This document shows, piece after piece, positions 43,501 to 51,139 of a stretch of DNA of 64,000 bases. Within the stretch, counting starts at the first letter, position 1; the number at the start of each line of letters is the position of its first letter. A program made the position numbers and the translations under genes. The stretch covers positions 203,166-267,165 of the forward strand of contig CAZSDP010000001.1 in NCBI GenBank assembly GCA_964605665.1. Reading direction: 5' to 3'. Source of the DNA: an uncultured Planctomycetia bacterium (GTDB lineage Bacteria > Planctomycetota > UBA8108 > UBA1146). A model generated the notes under the pieces. That model was not told the origin of the DNA and did no database searches. It was given only the letters and a program-made list of their open reading frames with translations.

Positions 43501-45473
43501 GAGCTGCACTCACTGCGGCTGCAGCCGCTCTGCGCACTGCGTTTAGGAGCGGGCGTTCCTACATGGCAGCGACATCACTCCGCTTGATCTCTCGACAGGT
43601 CGCTAAACTCGGCGATGTTCCCCGTGCAATTCGACTTCTATCACGGGGACTTGAACTCGCTCGTCAAGACCCATGTCCCCCTCTCGCACGAATCCCTCTG
43701 GAACTCGAGAAACTTCACTGGACCGAGTCGCTCAACGGCGAAAGACGAACCGACCTCCGACTGACCCTCGCTAGGAACGCCAGGCAACACGGCTTACTGG
43801 AAGAATTCCTCGTCGCAACAGCACCGATATCAGACCTGCTTCCAGACGACCTAGCCGAAGCTCAAGGTGGTTTACGCGGCCGCCTCCTTCGCCGCTACGG
43901 TCATGCTGGGATCGACGCATTAGAAAAACGAAGAGGTTTCACGATCGCAGCAAGAGTAGCGACCACCCGCATGGAACTCCAAGTGAGCAGCTCCACGATC
44001 GAGGACTCCCCTGAAGAACCCTCACTTGAATTGCCCGAACGGCTTCAGAATCTATCGACCAATCTAGGGGCCGATGGCGCCTTGGCGTTGTCACGTCCGA
44101 TCAGAGCCTGGAGGCATGTCTGTAAGGTCGGCAATATCCAGTCGCCGGAAGCCTCCGATCTGCCGACGACCACAACTCTCTGGCCTGGCTCGACGTGGTC
44201 GCTGTGGATCCCGATACACTCCTCAACCCCTTGCGCCCTATGGTTGCAGGGAAGTGGTCAAGCTCCCGATATCGAATCGCTCGATCTGCGCGGTTGGAAT
44301 GAGACGATCACAGTTCATAGGTTGAAAAGTAATGAAGAGCGGCTCAAGAAGCTCGTCAAGCAACTACGCAGCGATCTCCAAGATTCTCGAGAAGAGAAGA
44401 TATCAGAGCGAGCCCGCCTAGAAACCCAACTGCTGACTCAACGGCTCGAGGTGACTCAAGATGGAGAGAGCCCCTCGGAGAACTCCATTTGGATCTCGGA
44501 ATCCCCCGCGATGAAAGCTCTTGAAGGACTCCTACCTCAGTGGGCGAAGAGTCAGCTACCGATTCTACTTTGGGGAGAAAGTGGAGTCGGTAAAAGCGCT
44601 CTTCTCTCGCGACTCTCACGCCTCTCTGGAGAATCTCCGATCACTGAAAACTGCGCAGCATTGCCCGAGCCTCTTCTCGAAGCTGAACTCTTCGGATACG
44701 TACCTGGAGCCTTTACCGGGGCAGAACAGGAACACAGCGGTCTCTTCGAGCGCGCTGCTGGAAACTCGCTGATTCTCGATCACCTCGATGAACTTCCCCT
44801 CAACCTACAGGCAAAGCTGTTGCGGGTCTTAGACTCAGGTAAGTTCCGACCTCTTGGCGCAGAAGAGGATCGGCAAGTTCAGTTTCGATTGATCGCCACC
44901 CTCAGGGATGATCCGCAAACCCTGATCGAACAGAATCGTCTGCGCCTCGATCTGTACTATCGACTTCAAGGTATCGAAGGGCATGTCCCTCCTCTTCGCC
45001 GCCGCAGGGAAGAGATCGGCCCTCTTTTGGAAGCGTATCTGAGTGAGGCTGCTCGAATTCAGGTCCGGCCACAGCCAACGATCCACCCACAGGCACTTTC
45101 TATCCTTGAGGCTGCAGACTGGCCTGGGAATGTCAGAGAATTGGTGAATGCCACACAACGCTGGCTGATCCAATCGGTCGATACCCTTCGCCCTGAGGAC
45201 CTAGACCGGGAATTCGTGCAGACTCCTGCAGTGGGTGATCCGTCTGGAAACACCGCATTCACAGAGAGAAAGGACGCAGCATCAACGACCGTCGCCACCT
45301 GGTCGGGAGAGGACTGGCGAACAGAGACGGAGAGATTCCACCGCGGTCTTCTTCGGGCCGCTCTCGATCGCTTCGCTGGGAATCAAACTCAGACCGCTCA
45401 AGCTCTCGGAATCAGTAGAAGACACCTGCAAAATCTGCTCAACAAACTTGATCTCAGGGAGCAAGAGGAATGA
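40599..45473 (+). CDS. Giant fusion protein: Ser/Thr protein kinase – degenerate STAND/AAA_16 NTPase – TPR array – σ54-interaction AAA+ domain – Fis-type HTH
   Basis: Kinase: Gly loop 'GSGAEGEV', 'VSWK', catalytic loop 'YRHGDLKPAHLLW', 'DLG', 'PPYAAPE'. STAND-like: 'LLGEARSGRT'. C-terminal enhancer-binding module: Walker A 'GESGVGKS', 'GAFTGA', 'LDLYYRL…PPLRRRREEI', HTH 'QTAQALGISRRHLQNLLNKL'. Confidence 0.8.
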   Translation: MKQIQHDYRFLKPLGSGAEGEVWLAEDLRRDQLLVSWKRLFDSSTDRKIPSEFRTLQGIQHPALATVLESGLLPDGAGRWFTSPFFPGQSIDKLPRPIDPALLEGIIRRAVEGIAALHRSGYRHGDLKPAHLLWNGPRPLDVQLIDLGHAALLDDPSPINAGTPPYAAPELWSSSPKPRRNTDLYALAMIALEVLRGAPVQQSVALSEWRDWHQHGNRESALSGITVQIRGAFHEVIRSCLQPDPDDRPLDAEAILQQLQPFEPTKEDSAEQRSRFDELPLIGRDHWLTTKYQELNSPDGPAGFLLLGEARSGRTRLVRALAARVKSRGGIAVEGASSDPIHQRALSTLSQQAPCRLLWFDNVMEHHFESVIQGWKRVRSLAGSSETRLIAIVDPSASSAALAHLKRRLAGISGPVKSEFLAGLDRTSFHELFQYTHQSKGRSALAPTEIDALWRSSGGSPASLAPDPPRPPSSRHAQSVLGPRLGSWLAHIPTSLPWHVLKEASGNLDEELEDLFLSCGSGGPTRVESRGETRVLPWPAIFPVDSSIRHLAETWRDRDAPTGRWAALYLEAISGIVISSEAWRIEVESARLREDPVSLLSLAQIAPQPELKHWLEIEGRALSGEAQRVVDELPDHPSELNSEQSMICSTILQTTAGPARALPYALHSLEHADKSSVMARKIHAACIAHESGDGKLVDSLVRDLDNRSELSPHSLFELGSLHLRRGRFAEAEPCLSQALKRSRGGVSPPIVLKCMSALAGHARLTGDLQTALQRIQVAHRYASFLKVEEENPGLVGNLGAILHSLRRSDEALLAYLRANQLVKRRPDPNLEVHLQLGLGTVLRDRGSLFEAYRALRRSVRLARTTKMGPILAAALGNTGDLELLMGNPRASAIHRSELLELAEKVGDPALLRQARIALAAASLHLGQWNRSNTLLEAAEEAKGVGGLRLDSWNLVVRAEWLDLHGDRRAALTAAAAALRTAFRSGRSYMAATSLRLISRQVAKLGDVPRAIRLLSRGLELARQDPCPPLARIPLELEKLHWTESLNGERRTDLRLTLARNARQHGLLEEFLVATAPISDLLPDDLAEAQGGLRGRLLRRYGHAGIDALEKRRGFTIAARVATTRMELQVSSSTIEDSPEEPSLELPERLQNLSTNLGADGALALSRPIRAWRHVCKVGNIQSPEASDLPTTTTLWPGSTWSLWIPIHSSTPCALWLQGSGQAPDIESLDLRGWNETITVHRLKSNEERLKKLVKQLRSDLQDSREEKISERARLETQLLTQRLEVTQDGESPSENSIWISESPAMKALEGLLPQWAKSQLPILLWGESGVGKSALLSRLSRLSGESPITENCAALPEPLLEAELFGYVPGAFTGAEQEHSGLFERAAGNSLILDHLDELPLNLQAKLLRVLDSGKFRPLGAEEDRQVQFRLIATLRDDPQTLIEQNRLRLDLYYRLQGIEGHVPPLRRRREEIGPLLEAYLSEAARIQVRPQPTIHPQALSILEAADWPGNVRELVNATQRWLIQSVDTLRPEDLDREFVQTPAVGDPSGNTAFTERKDAASTTVATWSGEDWRTETERFHRGLLRAALDRFAGNQTQTAQALGISRRHLQNLLNKLDLREQEE

Positions 45474-46200
45474 GTTGCAGATCTTACCGGGAACTTTCGT
45501 TCACACTTCGCCGTCGAAAACGTTGCCTCCACTTGACATATCCCTCGGCAACGCGCCGTAACCCGCCCAACTAAATCGCCACAAACCACCAAATAAACAG
45601 CACTTACAACACCTTCACGATGTCTCTTCGAGGATTGGAACGGCGGGTGCTTTGCTTCACTCGGCTGTAAGAGACCTGTGAGGAGGACAGGGGTGGCCGC
45701 TGGAATCTGGGCTTACTTCGTCGACACTCGCTATGGTGTCGCGAAGGAAGCTCGGGGAGGACTCCGGCGCTGCCCCCTCCTTTTTGCCTTCGATTCCTTA
45801 AATAGATAAACAACCCGACTTGGAGCAGCGGCTTTCGCTCCTTCATTCACCACCTGTCAATGAGTCCCTTCTTGACCGCCGCTACTTGCCTAGATACCCT
45901 CGAACTGTAGCCCTGTAACGATTCAGGGCGCATCATGGGTTCAAAAGAGAGAATCTGCCCGCTGGGACTCCTGAGGTGTGAAGCCTGTGAAATCGGGAGT
46001 TCGTTGACTTCACCGAATCGTGACGGTCTTAACTGGGTGAAGCGAGGCCGATGAGGTATCCAGCGGGGCAGTCCGCTCGTCTTTTCAACTCGATTGGACT
46101 TGAACTCGATGTGACGTGGAGGAGCGCTCTCGGATCACGCAAGAGATCCCCTGTGACCTCCACTTGAGATTGACGTACCTCGATGTGGGAGAGGAATACT

Positions 46201-47427
46201 ATGGCTCAGCCACTCGATTGCCAAAGTCAACCCACTCCAAAATCTCCACGACGCTGGTACCCAAAGAGCTTTGCCCCGCTCGCCGCACTTCTGATTCTTC
46301 TCTCAGCCACCGCGAAGATCGAAGCAAATCACTTTGTTCGTGGTGACGTGAATTTTGATGGATTTGTCACCATCGCTGATGCTTCTCGATTGATCAGAGC
46401 AACCATCCTCGGGGACACCACCATTCAGTTTGCTTGCTCAGATAGTGCGGATGTCGATGACAACGGGATTGTCGAGTTTCTTGATGCGGTTCAGCTGATC
46501 ACATTTCTTTTTGGCGCCGACGGAGCAGGAGCACTTCCACATCCTTATCCTCAACCGGGGGAGGACCAAACCACGGATAGCTTGCCAAATTGCACGGGGG
46601 TCCATACGCCCTGCGTCGGCTCGAATTGTCCAAATGGGTCAGAGATCCCCCACATCTTCTTCTTGAGCCAAGAATCGGATAACCCCCTCGAACTGATGTT
46701 GGGCGCTGGCGGGCCAACCACAGCGATACCGATTCGGATGACCTCGATCGACCCGGTGGAGGGATTCACTCTCAGCATGATCTTTGATCCCCAGCAGATC
46801 GCCTCGATAGATATCGACTTTGAGGGGGGGGTCGCAGCGGAATACAACGCGGATCTCCGAATCTCCCATGTCAGCTCCGCGCATCCTGGCCATGTCTATG
46901 CCTACGTCGTCATGGAAATGTTCCCCCCTTTCACCGAGGAGGCGATCCCCGCCGGATTCGAACTTCTTTTGGGCCACCTGCTCGTCGAAGTTCAAGAGTC
47001 TGTCCCTGTTGGCGCTACTGTTGAAATCGGATTTGAGACTCTCCCACCCGTCGGTCAAGAACCACCGATGCGAAACGAGGTTGTTCAAGGAGGAGGATTC
47101 GGCATTCGCTACCCGATCACCCACACCAGATCATTCTTGGTCGAGCACCCTCATAACCTCTTCATTCGCGGTGACGTTAATCGGGATGGCTACGTCAACA
47201 TTGGAGATGCGATCCCACTACTACAGTTCTTGTTCCTCAACCTTCAGGATGCTCCTCTCTGCTTTGACGCTTGCGATGTCAATGACTCAGGTTCGATCGA
47301 CTTGGGAGACTCCATCACGCTGCTGATGACCCTCTTCCAGCCCCAGCTTGGAATCCAACCTGCTGCCCCATTCCCATATCCATCAGTCGACCCGACCACC
47401 GATTCACTACCCTGCGAGAATTTCTAG
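46201..47427 (+). CDS. Secreted protein with two dockerin-type Ca-binding repeat pairs flanking a β-rich middle domain
   Basis: Signal-like 'LAALLILLSATAKIEA'. Dockerin repeats 'GDVNFDGFVTIAD…DVDDNGIVEFLD' and 'GDVNRDGYVNIGD…DVNDSGSIDLGD'. Each is followed by a 'PFPYP…DPTTDSLP(N)C' tail. The ORF track start at 46183 is an alternative. Confidence 0.6.
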   Translation: MAQPLDCQSQPTPKSPRRWYPKSFAPLAALLILLSATAKIEANHFVRGDVNFDGFVTIADASRLIRATILGDTTIQFACSDSADVDDNGIVEFLDAVQLITFLFGADGAGALPHPYPQPGEDQTTDSLPNCTGVHTPCVGSNCPNGSEIPHIFFLSQESDNPLELMLGAGGPTTAIPIRMTSIDPVEGFTLSMIFDPQQIASIDIDFEGGVAAEYNADLRISHVSSAHPGHVYAYVVMEMFPPFTEEAIPAGFELLLGHLLVEVQESVPVGATVEIGFETLPPVGQEPPMRNEVVQGGGFGIRYPITHTRSFLVEHPHNLFIRGDVNRDGYVNIGDAIPLLQFLFLNLQDAPLCFDACDVNDSGSIDLGDSITLLMTLFQPQLGIQPAAPFPYPSVDPTTDSLPCENF

Positions 47428-47870
47428 AGATTCTCCTGACCTAACTTCGCCGCATCCCAACCTCTCCTCTGTCTCCACCTCGTCAGTTGGGGACCGCAGA
47501 ACTGCTTGAGGTTCCCCACTCACTGCGGATTTCACGATTCTAGAACCACCCCTTAAGTCACGACTCAGCTCCTGCCTTTCGTTCAGATCTCAAAGAGGAT
47601 TTCCTCCTCTATTCAACGGGTGGTCTGAACTTCTCTGGAACCCAACAGCCCCCGGCCACACATTCACCAAGGACCGGAAAAATTGGGGCCTATCGAGAAG
47701 CAATCAGGTGGCAACTTGTGATTCTGCAAACGTTCGTGAAGAGCGTTGAGGATGATCACTCGACAGAATCAGCTCTCCTATCACTAGGTCGGGAGCTCGA
47801 GGGTGAGTCGTGCACGGCATGGGTCAGCATTTCGGATGAGATCGGTCCGATTCCTAGGCGAGAGCGAAAC

Positions 47871-47907
47871 AAAAAAAAAAGAGGCGCAATCGGGGAAATT
47901 GCGCCCC
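47871..47907 (-). terminator. Rho-independent terminator on the minus strand (8-bp GC-rich stem plus T10)
   Basis: Minus strand reads gggcgcaat-ttccccg-attgcgcc-tc-tttttttttt. Confidence 0.65.
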
Positions 47908-48122
47908 CTCGGAAAGAAATGAAGCAAGCAGAGCGTGCTCTACCGAGCCTTGCTCTGTGCAGTCGCGAGAGCGAGAGCCACCGCTCCGGCGACAATCTGC
48001 CCAGTCACCACTTTAGATAGGCAACTGAGCGTTTCCCCCCGAAGGGGAAAAGGTCAGAAAGGAAGAGGCGCCTAGCCAAGGGCTGGCCCCATACTCCTCC
48101 TCTCCTGTCCCTAAAGAGCCCA
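47871..48122 (-). ncRNA. Candidate ~250-nt small RNA (σ54-type promoter to intrinsic terminator). No ORF ≥60 aa; a 5-codon mini-ORF sits behind a strong SD.
   Basis: Region is ORF-free and lower in GC. Promoter motif upstream, terminator downstream. The internal 'ggaggaggagtATGgggccagcccttggcTAG' encodes only MGPALG. No tmRNA, RNase P or SRP motifs recognised. Confidence 0.2.
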
Positions 48123-48131
48123 CCACATACT

Positions 48132-48149
48132 AAGCACGCGAGGTGCCAA
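48132..48149 (-). promoter_or_regulatory. σ54-type −24/−12 promoter-like element (minus strand: tTGGCACctcgcgTGCTt)
   Basis: GG and GC dinucleotides are separated by exactly 10 nt. TGGCAC is exact; the −12 region reads GTGCT against consensus TTGCW. Two GC palindromes (GGGGGACCCCC at ~48191–48201; GGAGGACCTCC at ~48344–48354) lie upstream in the minus-strand sense and could be activator sites. Confidence 0.3.
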
Positions 48150-48329
48150 AACGGCCCACACAACCTAACTTATTATATATCAGGGCCTTAGGGGGACCCC
48201 CTTCCGCCAACAAACAGCCCGACCGGGTAGATTTTAACCGCCCAGTAACCGGGAACACCTAAGCTTCGACAGAAGAAAGACTTACGGATCCGGCCAAAAA
48301 CTTACCGGCCGTACCTCGGAGGGCCTAAT

Positions 48330-48626
48330 CTATAACCGGTCTCGGAGGACCTCCAGGAGGGCGAGTCTTTGTCCGGCCTCAACTCGCGCTCCCTCGCCAA
48401 TCCAGTGCTCCAGAACTGTGCCATCATATGGAGACGAGATCACCACAGAGCCGCTAGAAGCAAGGACAACGGCGAGAGGCTCCCCAGATCGGGCCTGCTC
48501 CCCTTCGCCGACGAGCCACTCCAAAAGCACCCACTCCCTGCGCTCGAGGTCATCGGGTACTTTGACAAATTGTTGGTCTTTGGTGGCCCCCATCGGTACT
48601 TCTCCTCTTGCTGAGGACATCCTCAC
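48330..48626 (-). CDS. Small lipoyl/biotinyl-domain-like protein lacking the modifiable lysine
   Basis: 'VKVPDDLERREWVLLEWLVGEGEQARSGEPLAVVLASSGSVVISSPYDGTVLEHWIGEGARVEAGQRLALLE' aligns by eye to a lipoyl-domain hybrid fold. The 'ETDKA' position reads 'ASSGS'. Confidence 0.45.
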   Translation of the reverse strand: MRMSSARGEVPMGATKDQQFVKVPDDLERREWVLLEWLVGEGEQARSGEPLAVVLASSGSVVISSPYDGTVLEHWIGEGARVEAGQRLALLEVLRDRL

Positions 48627-48674
48627 CTAGGGCCGAAAAGAACGCAAGACGGAGAGCTTCAACGGAAACTTGGT

Positions 48675-49061
48675 TCAGGGCGCACTCGACTCAAGGCGCT
48701 TCTTGCACTCGATACAGTGGGTAGCAAAGGGAATCGCCTCCAAGCGCGCATCACCAATCGGACCTTCACACTCTTCGCAGGTGGTATATGTTCCATCGTC
48801 GATGCGGTGGATCGCTCGCTGGATTTGCTCCAAAGTTGCCCCGCTAGTCCGAAATTGTTCAAAAACAACGGCATCGGCACTGGTATCGCCAGCGAGGTCC
48901 TCAAGATCCGCGATGTGATGACGATCTTCTTGTGCACTCAGGGAGTCGAGCCCTGTCTCGACGTCTTCACTCAAGAGCCGAAGCTGATCAACGAGGCGTT
49001 CTCTGACCTTTTGCAGGTGATCTTCCATCTTGCAGTCTCCCGATAAGGGGCAGTCTCCCAC
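48675..49061 (-). CDS. DksA/TraR-family C4 zinc-finger protein
   Basis: N-terminal coiled coil plus 'CEECEGPIGDARLEAIPFATHCIECK' (CxxC-N17-CxxC). Confidence 0.75.
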   Translation of the reverse strand: MGDCPLSGDCKMEDHLQKVRERLVDQLRLLSEDVETGLDSLSAQEDRHHIADLEDLAGDTSADAVVFEQFRTSGATLEQIQRAIHRIDDGTYTTCEECEGPIGDARLEAIPFATHCIECKKRLESSAP

Positions 49062-49261
49062 GGTTGCTTGAGCCCACCATTAACCCACTGGCAAACGCTG
49101 GTGAATCACAAGTTGCTCCGGACTCTCACGCCGAGCCTCCGAACCAACAACTGCATGAGAATACCATCTTCAAATCCTCCTGGCCGAAATCGCCATCACT
49201 TCTTCGGCTCAGAATCTCAGCAGCCAGCGAAATTTACCGCTGAGATCGACCCGATTGTGGC

Positions 49262-49308
49262 AAAAAAAAAACGGTCCCGATCGCTCGATAAAGGAGCGAT
49301 CGGGACCG
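49262..49308 (-). terminator. Strong Rho-independent terminator on the minus strand (14-bp perfect stem plus T10)
   Basis: Minus strand reads cggtcccgatcgctc-ctttatc-gagcgatcgggaccg-tttttttttt, directly after the stop of the 49332..50693 gene. Confidence 0.75.
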
Positions 49309-49331
49309 TGAATCGGGCGTTAGAGACTCTC

Positions 49332-50693
49332 TTACGGACAGACTGTCGAGGTCAAACAACCAACGCCATCCGCATCCCCACTCGGATCGGGTCCGCAATC
49401 GGGGAAGGGCGCCGCAGGCTCGGGGCCCATCGTGAACAAGTAATTCAAAAGCGTAATCGGATCGGACAGATCCACCCCGCCGCTATCATTGACATCGGCA
49501 GTGTCCAAACATGCGGGCTCAGGCCCCATGGTGAACAGGTAATTTAAGAGGAAGATGGGATCGGACAGATCGATCGTCAAAGATCCGTTGACGTCACCTC
49601 GTACAAAGACTCCTCCGGTGACCCCCGATTCAATTTCAAAAGAGCCGTCGATCACGATCGGTAGAACGCTTGACTCTCCAATACTGATGGCGATCGCCAC
49701 TGGCGGTGCAGGAGCGGGAGGAGAGAGATCGGAAGTGAACGACAAAGGAGTCAAACCGACTGTCGCTGTGGCCGAAACGTCATAGGACGTGACGATAATC
49801 TCGTGCTCAACTCCGACCGGCAAAACGCTGACGGAGCCGCCAGCCATCGGAGACATGATTGCTCCAACCGTAATACCAGTCCCGCCGCTCGGAGCGAGAT
49901 CAGCAAAGAAGAATCCAGCTCCCGCGCCTCCATTGAGCGCTTGCACAGCGGCACCCTGATCCACAGATGTCGCCGTCAGTGAAGAACCATCGTGCAAAAC
50001 GCCCAGACTAAAGCCGTGAACGTCGAGCGAGTTCGTCATCAGTAACGGTACGCTCGCAACTTCCCCTTGGGGCACCGCCGCAATCGGGGCAAATGAAAGC
50101 TCAAATGGAACCACGTCGATATCGATGATGGCGTCTTCTATCGTTGGGAAGAGGCTCGACCCCGAAAGCGGGCCCGCCCCGGGAACGACAACAGTCTGGG
50201 GTGCGGGCTGTCCCGGAATACCAGCATTGTCGCAATAGCTAATTGTCGCGGTGGTTCCGTTTGGGCCGACCAAGGCGTAATCGATATTGACGACCTCATA
50301 GTCCAAGCCTGGGGGCAACTGCGCACAAGATACGAAACAAATGATCACACCTTGGCTCACCCCTCCGGCGTCAGTGTCATCTCCGCCGTAGAAGTTGATC
50401 TCATTGAAATCAACCGGGCTTCCATTCTTGGCGACTTCGCAAGTCGCGCCGGTCGTCGCGCTGATCGGCTGTACCAGGTTGAAGTCATGACAGACTCCGA
50501 GTGACCACCCACCCAGCGGGTCAGCCCCGTCGAGAACATCGAGGAGCGCAACCAGGCTGATTTCCTCACCAGAGGAACCGCTCAATCCCTGGGGAAACCT
50601 CAAGGTGTAGTTTTCACCTTGGGCCAACGCCTGCGAGGGTAAAAGGAGGGAAAGGCAGATGAGCAGTAGTGAAGCTCCGATAATGCGACACAT
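49332..50693 (-). CDS. Secreted β-rich protein with a C-terminal dockerin-type repeat pair (paralogue of 46201..47427)
   Basis: Signal peptide 'MCRIIGASLLLICLSLLLPSQALAQ'. Internal duplicated 'GxSLGVxHD' domains. C-terminal 'RGDVNGSLTIDLSDPIFLLNYLF…DVNDSGGVDLSDPITLLNYLF' then 'PAAPFPDCGPDP'. Confidence 0.6.
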   Translation of the reverse strand: MCRIIGASLLLICLSLLLPSQALAQGENYTLRFPQGLSGSSGEEISLVALLDVLDGADPLGGWSLGVCHDFNLVQPISATTGATCEVAKNGSPVDFNEINFYGGDDTDAGGVSQGVIICFVSCAQLPPGLDYEVVNIDYALVGPNGTTATISYCDNAGIPGQPAPQTVVVPGAGPLSGSSLFPTIEDAIIDIDVVPFELSFAPIAAVPQGEVASVPLLMTNSLDVHGFSLGVLHDGSSLTATSVDQGAAVQALNGGAGAGFFFADLAPSGGTGITVGAIMSPMAGGSVSVLPVGVEHEIIVTSYDVSATATVGLTPLSFTSDLSPPAPAPPVAIAISIGESSVLPIVIDGSFEIESGVTGGVFVRGDVNGSLTIDLSDPIFLLNYLFTMGPEPACLDTADVNDSGGVDLSDPITLLNYLFTMGPEPAAPFPDCGPDPSGDADGVGCLTSTVCP

Positions 50694-50842
50694 TCCAATT
50701 CCTCGTTTCTCTTCAGCTGTAGAGGAGGATCGAGTCGATCTCTCCAGCCCCTCAGCTCTCAGATGCTTGAACTCTCCAGAATTAGAGGTCCTCAAGTGAT
50801 TTCAAACTCCGAAATTGGGTCCGAGCGTGACCCAAGCGGCCA

Positions 50843-50880
50843 TTATAGCACAATTTGCCCCAATTCACCCTCTCCCGCTG
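50843..50880 (-). promoter_or_regulatory. Candidate σ70 promoter with an extended −10 (TGcTATAAT) for the dockerin-protein gene
   Basis: Minus strand reads 'ggcaaattgtgcTATAATgg'. Gives a ~140-nt 5' UTR. Confidence 0.3.
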
Positions 50881-51080
50881 TACAGAAACAAGACGCTGTT
50901 GAGCAGGTCGCGCCTCAGCCTCGAATCCCCTCGGTCCTGATCAGATTGTCTAAAAGCCAGACGAGAGGTTCATGATCCGCCCCATCCCACCACGCCACAA
51001 TCGGTCGCCAGAGGGCCGTTCTCGCCGATCCACCCGATTAGGCCGCCAATGGAACGGAAATCTCACCCAAAGTAGAGGGT

Positions 51081-51096
51081 AGGCCCCTCCCTTGCC
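51081..51096 (+). promoter_or_regulatory. Weak σ54-like −24/−12 element (aGGCCCctcccTTGCc) ~45 nt upstream of the 51140 gene
   Basis: GG-N10-GC spacing is correct and TTGC is exact. The −24 region matches GGC only. Confidence 0.2.
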
Positions 51097-51139
51097 ACTG
51101 TGACTGGTGACGGGCGAAGTCCCGTAGGGAGGATGAAGA

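Noticed and set aside
47880-48330. Whether the ORF-free island is a tmRNA, RNase P RNA or SRP RNA gene
   Set aside because: On neither strand could I find a tRNA-like T-arm (GGTTCGAnTCC…CCA), a tag ORF ending in AA-stop, the RNase P P4 'AGGAAAGTCCGG'/'ACAGAAAGCAAACCGCC' boxes, or an SRP domain IV GGAA/AGCA loop. I therefore kept it only as a generic sRNA candidate.
49068-49547. 159-aa plus-strand ORF spanning the terminator and the 3' end of the dockerin gene
   Set aside because: It runs through a strong minus-strand terminator hairpin and the A10 run, overlaps the antisense of a supported gene, and has no RBS.
46183-50795. Whether the dockerin island is a mobile element or genomic island
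   Set aside because: No integrase, transposase, tRNA or flanking direct repeats were seen. Only the strong terminators and the low-GC ORF-free patch are unusual.
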